A stretch of DNA of 64,000 nucleotides from Nanobdellota archaeon (GTDB lineage Archaea > Nanobdellota > Nanobdellia > Pacearchaeales > GW2011-AR1), in the NCBI GenBank assembly GCA_030647125.1, contig JAUSKC010000017.1, positions 12,664 through 76,663 of the forward strand. Reading direction: 5' to 3'. The notes below the pieces were generated by a model, which saw only the letters and a list, made by a program, of their open reading frames with translations, had not been told where the DNA came from and ran no database searches. The position numbers and the translations under genes are program-made. The number at the start of each line of letters is the position of its first letter. Within the stretch, counting starts at the first letter, position 1. Positions 52,102-61,572 of the stretch are shown here, piece after piece.

Positions 52102-54294
52102 ATGGCAGAAAAAGAATCACAATTTCACAAGATACAAAGATTAAGTAAGGACCAAAAGCAAATAAGAAATATAGCGACGAGCGCGCACATTCACCACGGA
52201 AAGACCGCTTTGACAGACAACTTATTGGCTGCTTCAGGATATATGGCTGTAAAAAATGCTGGAAACCTTGAAGAGGGAATGGCAACCTGGCAGCACTCTG
52301 ACGAGCAAGAACGACTTATGACTGTCGACTCTGCAAACGTTTCTATGGTCCATGATTATCACAAAGAAGAATTTTTAATTAATTTGATTGACACGCCCGG
52401 ACACGTTGATTTCGGCGGAAATGTTACAAGGGCTATGAGAGCCATCGACGGAACTGTTGTTCTTGTCTGCGCAGTTGAAGGAATGATGCCTCAGACAGAA
52501 ACGGTAATCAAGCAAGCACTTAGAGAAAGAGTAAAGCCGGTTTTGTTCATTAATAAAGTTGACCGTTTGATTAAGGAATTGAAACTGACTCCTGAAAAAA
52601 TGCAGGAAAGATTTATAAAAATTTATCAGGACTTCAACAAACTTGTCAAGAGCGTTGCTGAAAAAGAATACGGAACAAAATGGGCTGTTGATATTTCCGA
52701 TGGAAGCGTTGCTTTCGGTTCAGCTAGAGAAAATTGGGCATTATCAGTCCCGTTCATGAAGAAAAAAGGAATTTCTTTCAAAGATATTTTTAATGCTTAC
52801 ACAGCTATGAGTGATGAAGAAAGAAAAGATTGGTTCTGGAAGAATGCGCCATTGTATGAAGTTCTTTTAGATATGGTTGTAAAACATTTGCCTAATCCTT
52901 TGGAAGCGCAAAAATACAGAATTCCAAAAATATGGAAAGGTGATTTGGATTCAGAATTTGGAAAGGACTTGTTAAGTTGTAATCCCAACGGCAAACTTGG
53001 TTTTGTTATTACAAGAATTGTAATTGATCCGCGCTCGGGAAAAGAAATTTCTGCTGGTCGTTTATTCTCAGGAACGTTAAAGCCGGGAATGGATGTTTAT
53101 TTGAATTTAGCAAAACAGAAAAGAAGAATTCAGCAAGTTTTAATTTACAATGGAGTTAAGCCGGAACTACTTGATGAAATTGGCCCGGGAAATGTTCTTG
53201 CAATTTCTGGAGTCAATGCAGAAGCTGGCGAGACAATAACCTCAGAGCCTGAAACTGCATTTGAAGAATTGAAACATATTTTTGAGCCGGTTATTACTAA
53301 AGCAATTGAAGTCAAAAAAACTGCTGACCTTCCTAAATTAGTTGAAATTTTGAAACAAGTTGCTAAAGAAGATCCATCTATAAAAGTTGAAATTAATGAA
53401 CAGACAGGAGAGTCACTTATTTCTGGAATGGGGGAACTACACCTTGAAATTATTGAAAACAGAATTAAGACAGAAAAAAATCTTGAAGTTAAAACTTCTG
53501 CGCCTATAATTGTTTACAGAGAAACAGTTGCTAAGACGTCCGGCTCAAAAGAAGGAAGGTCTCCAAACAAACACAATAGTTTCTTTATTAAAGTTGAACC
53601 ATTGGAAGATGAAATTTTCAATGCAATACAAAATGGAGATTTGCCTGAAGGAAGAGTAAAGAAAAAAAATGAAGAACTATCTAAAAAATTATATGAAATG
53701 GGATGGAGTGGAGATGAAGTAAGAGACGTCCGCGACATTTTCAAAGGAAGCATGTTTATAGATGAGACACGAGGGGAAGTTCATATGGGGGAAGTTATTG
53801 AAATGATTCTTGACGCGTTCGAAATGGTAATAAAATCAGGACCTTTGGCTCACGAGCCGTGCACAAAAATGAAAGTTACTTTAACGGATATTAAACTTCA
53901 CGAGGATGCGATTCATAGAGGTCCGGCGCAAGTTTATCCTGCTGTTAGAGAAGCAATCACTGAAGCAATGAAAGACGCAAATGCAACTTTGTTAGAACCA
54001 TTGCAAATTCATGTTATCGACGTTCCTGGAGATTTCATGGGAGCTGTAACTAAATTAGTTGGCGGCAAAAGAGGACAAATGCTTGACATGACGCAAGAAG
54101 GAATGAACACTGAAATCACTATGAAGATTCCAGTTGCAGAAATGATTGGGTGGAGTTCGGACTTGCGTTCAGCGACGGAAGGGCGCGGGACGTCTTCATT
54201 AAAAGACCAGTTGTTTGAAAAGATACCAACTTCAATACAAGCGGATATAATTAAGAAGATAAGAGATCGGAAGGGATTGGCTGAAAATCAATAA
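52102..54294 (+). CDS. fusA: translation elongation factor aEF-2
   Basis: AHIHHGKT G1, DTPGHVDF G3, NKVDR G4, and the diphthamide region LHEDAIHRGPAQ. Confidence 0.95.
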   Translation: MAEKESQFHKIQRLSKDQKQIRNIATSAHIHHGKTALTDNLLAASGYMAVKNAGNLEEGMATWQHSDEQERLMTVDSANVSMVHDYHKEEFLINLIDTPGHVDFGGNVTRAMRAIDGTVVLVCAVEGMMPQTETVIKQALRERVKPVLFINKVDRLIKELKLTPEKMQERFIKIYQDFNKLVKSVAEKEYGTKWAVDISDGSVAFGSARENWALSVPFMKKKGISFKDIFNAYTAMSDEERKDWFWKNAPLYEVLLDMVVKHLPNPLEAQKYRIPKIWKGDLDSEFGKDLLSCNPNGKLGFVITRIVIDPRSGKEISAGRLFSGTLKPGMDVYLNLAKQKRRIQQVLIYNGVKPELLDEIGPGNVLAISGVNAEAGETITSEPETAFEELKHIFEPVITKAIEVKKTADLPKLVEILKQVAKEDPSIKVEINEQTGESLISGMGELHLEIIENRIKTEKNLEVKTSAPIIVYRETVAKTSGSKEGRSPNKHNSFFIKVEPLEDEIFNAIQNGDLPEGRVKKKNEELSKKLYEMGWSGDEVRDVRDIFKGSMFIDETRGEVHMGEVIEMILDAFEMVIKSGPLAHEPCTKMKVTLTDIKLHEDAIHRGPAQVYPAVREAITEAMKDANATLLEPLQIHVIDVPGDFMGAVTKLVGGKRGQMLDMTQEGMNTEITMKIPVAEMIGWSSDLRSATEGRGTSSLKDQLFEKIPTSIQADIIKKIRDRKGLAENQ

Positions 54295-54319
54295 TTTTTT
54301 GAATATAAAATAATATTTA

Positions 54320-54943
54320 TTACATATCTCTAAAAACTTCAACTAAATTTTTCTTCCGAGAGGGATGCTTCAATTTTTCTAATGCACTATTTACTAATTG
54401 CCCAACCCTTGCTCCACCAACACCCAGATACTTTCCTATTTCTTCAAAAGTATATTCTCTGTCTTGATCTATACCAAAGTGCATCATAACTGCTGTTCTT
54501 CTTCTTTCATCTAATTCATCTAAAACATTTATAATAGCTGAGTGTATTTCTTCTCCATAAATCTTGTTTGGGGCTTCCGGTTCAACTTGAGGCAATAATC
54601 TTTGGCTTGTGTCAGATAATGAAATAAGATTACTTTCTGGAATCTCTCTTTCTGTAATATACTTACCTTTTACTTTAATTTGTTTTAAACTTTCTGGAAA
54701 AACATCTTCTTCTAAAATAAAATAACCAGCATTTCTATAAGCAAAACAAATTTTCTCTTGCATCCTTTTGCTAGGATATCGGTGTAATAATTCAAGTTGT
54801 CCTAAAACGTAAGGAGCAGTTCCAATTAATTCTGCTGCCTGTCTTTGATTTAGTCCTAATGCTTCTCTTGCTTTGACTAACTCAGCATTTTTTACTCTTA
54901 TTTCTAATCTTACATTAAAGTTTTTATCTTCATAAGTTTCCAT
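54320..54943 (-). CDS. two-HTH protein: XRE-like N-terminal HTH plus C-terminal sigma-70 region 4-like domain
   Basis: The N-terminus has LGLNQRQAAELIGTAPYVLGQLE. The C-terminus has LDERRRTAVMMHFGIDQDREYTFEEIGKYLGVGGARVGQLVNSALEKLKHPSR, which closely parallels the RpoD region 4.2 pattern (...tLEEvG..fgVTRERIRQIE.KALRKLRHPSR). Confidence 0.65.
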   Translation of the reverse strand: METYEDKNFNVRLEIRVKNAELVKAREALGLNQRQAAELIGTAPYVLGQLELLHRYPSKRMQEKICFAYRNAGYFILEEDVFPESLKQIKVKGKYITEREIPESNLISLSDTSQRLLPQVEPEAPNKIYGEEIHSAIINVLDELDERRRTAVMMHFGIDQDREYTFEEIGKYLGVGGARVGQLVNSALEKLKHPSRKKNLVEVFRDM

Positions 54944-55029
54944 ATTTTTACCTGAATAAGAATGGTTTATAAATCTTAAGTTTGGTGGAGAATCAATAAT
55001 TATTTAATCTCATTTTCTTATCTTATTTT

Positions 55030-55632
55030 ATGATACGAAATAAGAAATTAATTTTATCATTAATGTCTTTTATTGCGTTTTTGTTTATATTAATTATAGT
55101 TGTTAATGGAACGCCCTCGATTGATTATTCAGTAAGTTCTGGGATCAATAAATTACGTAATCCTATAATGGATGGCTTTTTTATCTTTCTTGGAAACTTC
55201 TCGAGAGAAATTATGATTGGGTTTGCATTGATTGCTGCATTAATTTTATATAATGGAAAAAGGAAGAAAGAATCTTGGATTTTGCTTTTCAGTTTAATTT
55301 TGGGTTATGTTTTTGAGCAAGCAATAAAATTTTCTGTTCAGCGCGTCCGTCCATTAATGCAACTTATCCAGGAAATTGATTATAGTTTCCCAAGCGGACA
55401 TGCAATATTCTCTATAATTTTATTTTCAATGCTGATTTACTTTTTTAAAGACGAAATAAAAAATAAGACGACACGTTTAATCTTCATCTTAATTAATATA
55501 TTCTTAATTTTACTAATCGGCTTCAGCAGAATTTATTTGAACGTTCACTCGTTTACCGACGTGATTGGGGGATATGCACTTGGTTTCGCAGTTGCTAATT
55601 TTGTATTATACTTGGCGGAATTAAGAAATTAA
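55030..55632 (+). CDS. PAP2-family lipid phosphatase
   Basis: KFSVQRVRP, SFPSGHA and SRIYLNVHSFTDVIGG, the three PAP2 motifs, in a multi-TM protein. Confidence 0.8.
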   Translation: MIRNKKLILSLMSFIAFLFILIIVVNGTPSIDYSVSSGINKLRNPIMDGFFIFLGNFSREIMIGFALIAALILYNGKRKKESWILLFSLILGYVFEQAIKFSVQRVRPLMQLIQEIDYSFPSGHAIFSIILFSMLIYFFKDEIKNKTTRLIFILINIFLILLIGFSRIYLNVHSFTDVIGGYALGFAVANFVLYLAELRN

Positions 55633-55704
55633 GGGGGAGTAGAAATAGAAATCTTTAAAAAGGTATTTTTTTATAGTAGAAATACTAAACAAATTTAATT
55701 TAAT

Positions 55705-56988
55705 ATGGCAAAAACAAAACCAGCAATGAATGTAGTTTTCGTCGGGCACGTTGACGCAGGAAAGTCAACTACAGTTGGACAACTTATGTTCCAAACCGGC
55801 GCTGTTTCTGTACAAGAAATGGAAAAATTAAAGGCCGAAGCTCAAAAGCATGGTAAAGTTGGTTTTGAATTCGCTTACGTTATGGACAAAATCAAAGAGG
55901 AAAGAGAAAGAGGAGTTACAATTGACCTTGCATACAAAAAAATTATAACACAAAAATACGAAATCACAATAATTGACGCTCCAGGACACAGGGACTTTGT
56001 AAAGAACATGATTACTGGTGCTTCACAAGCCGACGCTGCTTTCTTAGTTATTGCTGCACCTTCAGGAGTTCAGCCACAAACAAAAGAACATTTATGGTTG
56101 TTAAGAACAATGGGTGTTTCAAACATTTCAGTTATAATTAACAAGATGGATGAAATTAGTTATGACGAAGCAAAATTCAATAAAGTTAAAGAGGACGTTT
56201 CTGCACTTTTGAAAGTTGTTGGAGTTAAACTTGAAACAGTTCAATTTATCGCTGCTTCAGGTTTGAAAGGGGATAATGTTGCTAAAAAATCTACTAATAT
56301 GTCTTGGTACAAAGGACCAACAATTTTAGAACAATTTGATAATTTCCCAGCTCCGGAAAAACCTACAAACTTGCCTTTGAGAATGCCTGTTCAAGACGTT
56401 TATGAAATTACAGGTATTGGAACTGTTCCAGTAGGAAAAATTGAAACAGGAGTTATGAAACCAGGACAAAAAATTATAGTACTTCCAGGAAGAACTGGAA
56501 AAGGTGTTGCAGGGGAAATAAAAACAGTTGAAGCTCATCATGAAACTTTACCTCAAGCAGAAGCTGGAGATAATGTTGGAGTAAACATAAGAGGAATTGG
56601 AAAGAAAGATATTGCTCGTGGAGACGTAATCTGCGACGCTGCTTCCCCTATACCAATTGTTGCTGAATTCATTGCTCAAATCGCAGTAATAAATCACCCA
56701 ACAGTTTTAGCTAAAGGATATACACCAGTATTCCACGTTCACACAGCTCAAGTTCCGTGCCAATTTGTTGAATTAATTGAACAAATTGATCCTAAATCTG
56801 GTCAAGTTATGAAGAAAAATCCTGACTTTTTGAAAAACGGAGATGTTGCTAAAGTAAGAATAAGACCTCAAGGAAACTTATGCTTGGAAACATTAAAAGA
56901 CAATCCACACATGGCAAGATTCGCTGTAAGAGATGCTGGCGCAACAGTTGCTGCTGGAATGTGTGTTGAGATTGTTGAGAAAAAATAG
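55705..56988 (+). CDS. tuf: translation elongation factor aEF-1alpha
   Basis: GHVDAGKST, DAPGHRDF and NKMD motifs with a typical length. Confidence 0.95.
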   Translation: MAKTKPAMNVVFVGHVDAGKSTTVGQLMFQTGAVSVQEMEKLKAEAQKHGKVGFEFAYVMDKIKEERERGVTIDLAYKKIITQKYEITIIDAPGHRDFVKNMITGASQADAAFLVIAAPSGVQPQTKEHLWLLRTMGVSNISVIINKMDEISYDEAKFNKVKEDVSALLKVVGVKLETVQFIAASGLKGDNVAKKSTNMSWYKGPTILEQFDNFPAPEKPTNLPLRMPVQDVYEITGIGTVPVGKIETGVMKPGQKIIVLPGRTGKGVAGEIKTVEAHHETLPQAEAGDNVGVNIRGIGKKDIARGDVICDAASPIPIVAEFIAQIAVINHPTVLAKGYTPVFHVHTAQVPCQFVELIEQIDPKSGQVMKKNPDFLKNGDVAKVRIRPQGNLCLETLKDNPHMARFAVRDAGATVAAGMCVEIVEKK

Positions 56989-57074
56989 ATTCTTTAATAT
57001 TTTTAATACCACTTTAGTTAAATTGGTTTTATCAACTCAACAATGCTTAAATACTAAAACAATTATTTTTTATT

Positions 57075-57620
57075 ATGCTTAATAAAGGAATGTCAAAGGC
57101 AGAGGTTGAAGAAGAACTTCGAGGAAAAGGCGACTTTGTCAAAGTTGATTATTTGAATAGATATTTGAAAGAGACGCCGTCTATTGATATGCGAAAATTC
57201 GCTTTTCTGAAAATGGCTGAAATTTATGAAAACAAAGGAACTTTCATTGAAGCGGCGCGAAGCTACGAAAATGCGGCAACATCGTCGCTGACTTTTGTGG
57301 AAAAAATTGAGTACCATATTAAAGAATGTCAAAGTTATATCAAAGGAAATGATTTTGTCCGGGCAGACCAGGCCTTGAAAAAAGCTATGGTTGAAGCTAA
57401 CGCGACACAAAGAAATGAAATTTACATTAAAGTAAAGGAATTCTACAAAAGAATGGCGGAGATTTACGAGAGAGAAACAAAAAGAAATCACGCAGTTCGA
57501 ATTTATGAAAAGCTTCTTTTAATGAGAATTTCTGATGTTGAGAAAAGAGAAATAAAAGATAAATTAAAATTCCTGTATGAAAAGCTTGGGAAGATAAAGG
57601 AAGCTAATAAGCTTGGGTGA
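57075..57620 (+). CDS. all-helical TPR-like protein, hypothetical
   Basis: 181 aa with repeated helix pairs (AEIYENKGTFIEAARSYENAA...). It sits where rps10 usually follows tuf. Confidence 0.4.
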   Translation: MLNKGMSKAEVEEELRGKGDFVKVDYLNRYLKETPSIDMRKFAFLKMAEIYENKGTFIEAARSYENAATSSLTFVEKIEYHIKECQSYIKGNDFVRADQALKKAMVEANATQRNEIYIKVKEFYKRMAEIYERETKRNHAVRIYEKLLLMRISDVEKREIKDKLKFLYEKLGKIKEANKLG

Positions 57621-57821
57621 GTTAACCATTAATCTTAACAACATTTAAATACTAGCAACATCTTTAATATATAATTAGAAGAGTATCAAGCTCACAATCC
57701 GACTATTATTGGATTTCACATTCACATTCACTTGAACACCTTTATTATTCGGTGAGACAAGATATTTTTCTAGTCCGAAGTCATAGATTTCGGTTAATTA
57801 AACAAGGAGAATGTTAATAAA

Positions 57822-59000
57822 ATGGCTAAAGTAAGTCCTGTATCAATCAAATATATGATACATGCGAATCTTGTTGCTGAAGGCGCTTTAGAAAAGCCTG
57901 ATGTGATAGGAGCTATATTTGGACAGACAGAAGGTCTTTTAGGATCTGAACTCGAAATGAGGGAACTCCAGAAAGAAGGAAAGATAGGAAGAATTGAAGT
58001 TGACCTTGAACGTTCTGAAAAAAGAACTATGGGAAAAATTCACATTCCTACAGCTTTGGATATGTCTGAAACAGCATTAATAGCTGCAGCTATAGAAACA
58101 ATTGAAAGAGTTGGACCTAGCGATGCGCAAATAGAAATTGACAGAATTGAAGATGTAAGGGGAAGCAAAAGGGACTTCATAATTGAAAGAGCAAAAAAGC
58201 TCATGGGGTCTTTAAGCAGCTCAACTGATTCAAGGGAAATTTCAAACCAAATCAAAGAGTCGACACGAACTAATTCAGTTGGAGAGTATGGTGATGAAAA
58301 ATTGCCGTGCGGAGATCTTAGCGGAAATGAAATTATTGTTGTAGAAGGACGTGCAGATGTTTTAAATCTGTTAAGAGCGGGAGTCAACAATGTTATCGGA
58401 ATGAACGGAACGAAACTTCCTTCAGCGATAAGAGAACTCAGCACAGAAAAAGACATAACACTGTTTGTCGATGGCGACAGAGGCGGAAAGTTAATTGCGC
58501 AAAACGTAGTTGACAATGCTAAAGTCAAATGGATTGCTGTTGCACCGGACGGAAAAGAAGTTGAAGAGCTGGCTGGAAAAGAGATAATCATGAATCTCAG
58601 AAAAAGAATGCCTATTGATGAATTTTTTTCCAAGTTCAGAATGAACAACGGCTTCAATGGTTCTAAAAAAGAATACACTGAAGAAAGAACTTCTAACGGA
58701 GTAATAGAAAAAATTGAACTGACTTCCGAAGACAAAAGAAAGCTTAAGGAACTATCTGGCGAAATTGCTAGAAGCGACAAAGCAATTCTTTTGAACAGCT
58801 CTTTGGAAGAAGACAGACGAATTTCCATTAAGGCGCTTGCACCAACTTTAAGAAAAATCAACAACAAACCGACTATAATTGTGATGGACGGAACAGTTAC
58901 AAAATCAATTGTCGAAGCGGCAGAAGAAGTTGGAGTTCAAGTTATTGTAGCAAAGAATTTCGCAACAACAGATACTCAGATTAAATTGATGAGTTTGTAA
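57822..59000 (+). CDS. dnaG: archaeal DnaG primase (TOPRIM)
   Basis: KYMIHANLVAEGALEKPDVIGAIFGQTEGLLG N-terminus, the VVEGRADV TOPRIM Glu, and DGDRGG. Confidence 0.9.
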   Translation: MAKVSPVSIKYMIHANLVAEGALEKPDVIGAIFGQTEGLLGSELEMRELQKEGKIGRIEVDLERSEKRTMGKIHIPTALDMSETALIAAAIETIERVGPSDAQIEIDRIEDVRGSKRDFIIERAKKLMGSLSSSTDSREISNQIKESTRTNSVGEYGDEKLPCGDLSGNEIIVVEGRADVLNLLRAGVNNVIGMNGTKLPSAIRELSTEKDITLFVDGDRGGKLIAQNVVDNAKVKWIAVAPDGKEVEELAGKEIIMNLRKRMPIDEFFSKFRMNNGFNGSKKEYTEERTSNGVIEKIELTSEDKRKLKELSGEIARSDKAILLNSSLEEDRRISIKALAPTLRKINNKPTIIVMDGTVTKSIVEAAEEVGVQVIVAKNFATTDTQIKLMSL

Positions 59001-59036
59001 ATCAAACTCATTTTGTTTTTTTTATTTTAAGTTAAT

Positions 59037-59498
59037 TTATTCTAGGGGTTTAATTAATGACTCATAAATTTTAATAGATTCTTCATATTTTTTCATTACT
59101 TCTTCAATCCTTTTGTCAGTATTATCTGGGCTTTGATTTCCAATTAAAATTCTTTGAAATTCAGGAAATCTATCATGATTTGGAAAATCAATTGCTTGCC
59201 AAACTATTCCATCAAGAATTGGCTGGTTATTAGCATAAATTGCAAAAGTTCCCCACCATAAAAGGGAACGCTTTGGAGAATAATCTTCAGACGCACCATT
59301 CATAGAATTTAATTTTAATTTAATCAAATGTTTTGAAGCAGAACCCACAAATAAATAAGATATTCCGTGAGCATTAAACAGATTAACTCTTTCATTTTTT
59401 ATATGGTAACACTCTCCACTACGACTATTTGGTTTTTCTTCATCCCAATGAGGTATTAAGGGATTGTAAATATATCCAGATTTTAGTTCTAAATTCAT
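59037..59498 (-). CDS. hypothetical protein
   Basis: 153-aa ORF. No motif. Confidence 0.4.
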   Translation of the reverse strand: MNLELKSGYIYNPLIPHWDEEKPNSRSGECYHIKNERVNLFNAHGISYLFVGSASKHLIKLKLNSMNGASEDYSPKRSLLWWGTFAIYANNQPILDGIVWQAIDFPNHDRFPEFQRILIGNQSPDNTDKRIEEVMKKYEESIKIYESLIKPLE

Positions 59499-59575
59499 AA
59501 TAAGCTTTAAAATAAACCATTTATAAGAATTATTGTGCTAGTTAATTTTATAAACATTCAAGGCATTAATTAATT

Positions 59576-59797
59576 ATGGAATTTACAGCTATAATTGAGA
59601 AAGATGAAGATATGTATGTAGCGAAATGTTCTGAAGTTGGGACAGTCAGTCAGGGCAGCACAATTGAAGAAGCTGTTGAAAATTTAAAAGAAGCTACAGA
59701 GTTATACTTAGAAGATTTTCCCACCCAAAAAAGAAAGAGGTCTTTGTTTACTTTTTTCGAGATAAAAAATGTCCAAGCTAAAGAAAATCTCAGGTAA
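59576..59797 (+). CDS. hicB: HicB-like antitoxin (UPF0150)
   Basis: FTAIIEKDEDMYVAKCSEVGTVSQGSTIEEAVENLKEATELYLE. Confidence 0.7.
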   Translation: MEFTAIIEKDEDMYVAKCSEVGTVSQGSTIEEAVENLKEATELYLEDFPTQKRKRSLFTFFEIKNVQAKENLR

Positions 59798-59999
59798 AGA
59801 GTGTTTGAAAATTCTATGCAATAAATTTGGTTTTGAAATTCTTAGGCAAAGAGGCAGCCATGTTATATTAAAAAAAGAAACATCTTCTGGTAAAATTGGA
59901 ACGGTAGTACCAATGCATCAAGAATTAAAAATTGGAACTTTAAAAAGTATTTTGGAATTAGCTAAGATCAAAGAAGAAGATTTTATGGAATATCAATAG
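59769..59999 (+). CDS. hicA: HicA-like mRNA interferase toxin
   Basis: KISGKECLKILCNKFGFEILRQRGSHVILKK, the HicA/YcfA pattern with a conserved His. It overlaps hicB by 29 nt. Confidence 0.7.
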   Translation: MSKLKKISGKECLKILCNKFGFEILRQRGSHVILKKETSSGKIGTVVPMHQELKIGTLKSILELAKIKEEDFMEYQ

Positions 60000-60037
60000 G
60001 TGGTTAATTTTATAAACAATTTTATTCTTAACTTATT

Positions 60038-60568
60038 ATGAATAAAAGAGGTCACTCGTTTTTCCCTATTGGAAAAAGGGGTTTAGGATGGAAGTTCTTT
60101 TTGGTTGTTGGAATAATTATAGCACTTGCAGTTGCAATTTATTTTATGTTCTTTTTCCATTATAGCTGCGCGGACAATGACATCGCATGCTTCAAATCAT
60201 ACCAAGCAAAATGCCTTAAAACAAAATTTATCAATGATCAGACAGACGCGACATGGAATTATGTGATTCAAAGGAAAAACCAAGGAATTTGTGAAATAGA
60301 AGTTACAATTTTAAAAGTCAAAACAGGAAGTGTTGAAAATAAAGCCCTTGAAGGTCAAAGCATGGTTTGCTCGCTTCCTATAGGCAGCATTGATTCACCC
60401 GAGTCGGACACTTCAAAGTGCCACGGCCGCTTAAAAGAAGAAATGCAGAATTTGATAATTCAAAAACTTCATTCATATGTTGTAGGCAATTTAGGAGAAA
60501 TAGAAACGAGCTTAAATTCAATTAATTCAATTCAAGGGAATACAACGGCTGGGAATTCAACACAATAA
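60038..60568 (+). CDS. membrane-anchored Cys-containing protein, hypothetical
   Basis: N-terminal TM helix (FFLVVGIIIALAVAIYFMFFF) followed by a soluble domain. Confidence 0.4.
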   Translation: MNKRGHSFFPIGKRGLGWKFFLVVGIIIALAVAIYFMFFFHYSCADNDIACFKSYQAKCLKTKFINDQTDATWNYVIQRKNQGICEIEVTILKVKTGSVENKALEGQSMVCSLPIGSIDSPESDTSKCHGRLKEEMQNLIIQKLHSYVVGNLGEIETSLNSINSIQGNTTAGNSTQ

Positions 60569-60642
60569 AATAATTCTTCTTAATTAAAAATAATTGGGCG
60601 GGGCATCAAAAACCTTTTAACCTTGCTTTCTAAAAGTTAATT

Positions 60643-61431
60643 ATGTCATCGTTATGGAAATTCGGTCCTTCTGGACTTGGACCGATTAAAACTGCGCTGG
60701 ATACTTTAGAGGAGTATAATAGATTAGGATTGAAAACATGCGAGATTGCTTTTACTTATTCTGTCTATATAAAAAATAAAGGGGACGCAGAGAAAATTGG
60801 CAAGAGGGCTGAAGAGCTTGGAATTGAATTAAGAATTCACGGGCCGTACTGGGTTAATCTTAACTCTGAAGAACCCCAAAAAATTGAAAATAGCAAGAAC
60901 CTAATTTTAAGATGCCTTGAAGTTGGGACTTGGCTTGGAGCGAAGATTGTGGTTTTTCATCCAGGATTTTATGGCAAAAGGAGTAAAGAAGAAACTTATG
61001 AAAAGATAAAAAAAGGCATTTTGGAAATTGAAAACGAAAGGAAGAAAAGGGGTTACACTACAGAAATGGCGCCTGAAACAATGGGAAAAATAAACGTTTT
61101 TGGAAGCACTGGAGAAATAAGAAAACTTGTGGAAGATACGGGTTGCAATTTTTGTATTGACTTCGCGCATATTCTTGCCCGGGACAAGGATTACAGATTT
61201 GAAGAAGTGCTTAAACTTTTTGAAAAATTTGAAAAATTATATTTGCATTTTTCAGGAATTGTCTATGGAGAAAAAGGAGAGAAGCATCATAGACGAACGG
61301 AAGAAGATGAATGGAAGAAATTCCTGAAAGCTCTGCCAAAAAACAAGGAAATAAGCATCGTAAATGAGTCCCCTACGCCTGTTGAAGATGCTATTGAGGG
61401 TTTAAGTTTATCGAGGATAAATGGAATATAA
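60643..61431 (+). CDS. AP endonuclease family 2 / xylose-isomerase-like TIM-barrel protein (endonuclease IV-like)
   Basis: IHGPYWVNL, VVFHPGFY, CIDFAHI and LHFSG resemble the endonuclease IV metal-ligand positions. Confidence 0.5.
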   Translation: MSSLWKFGPSGLGPIKTALDTLEEYNRLGLKTCEIAFTYSVYIKNKGDAEKIGKRAEELGIELRIHGPYWVNLNSEEPQKIENSKNLILRCLEVGTWLGAKIVVFHPGFYGKRSKEETYEKIKKGILEIENERKKRGYTTEMAPETMGKINVFGSTGEIRKLVEDTGCNFCIDFAHILARDKDYRFEEVLKLFEKFEKLYLHFSGIVYGEKGEKHHRRTEEDEWKKFLKALPKNKEISIVNESPTPVEDAIEGLSLSRINGI

Positions 61432-61572
61432 CTTGCTGTTCCGACAGCTAGTGACAGGTTACCTACTAAATAATTAAACATTATGTTGTCACCACAAAGT
61501 TTATAAAAGAAATTCGGGTGGTAATTCTACCAAAAAACAATGTTTTTTGGACAACTAAATTAAATAAAAAAC

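Noticed and set aside
58040-58867. Long antisense ORFs: 275 aa opposite dnaG, 185 aa at 42992-43549 opposite rpoB, and many 60-110-aa ORFs opposite tkt, gap, nrdA, rpoA, fusA and others.
   Set aside because: They lie wholly inside strongly supported genes on the other strand. They have low-complexity Ser/Leu/Phe-rich translations, which is typical of shadow frames in AT-rich DNA.
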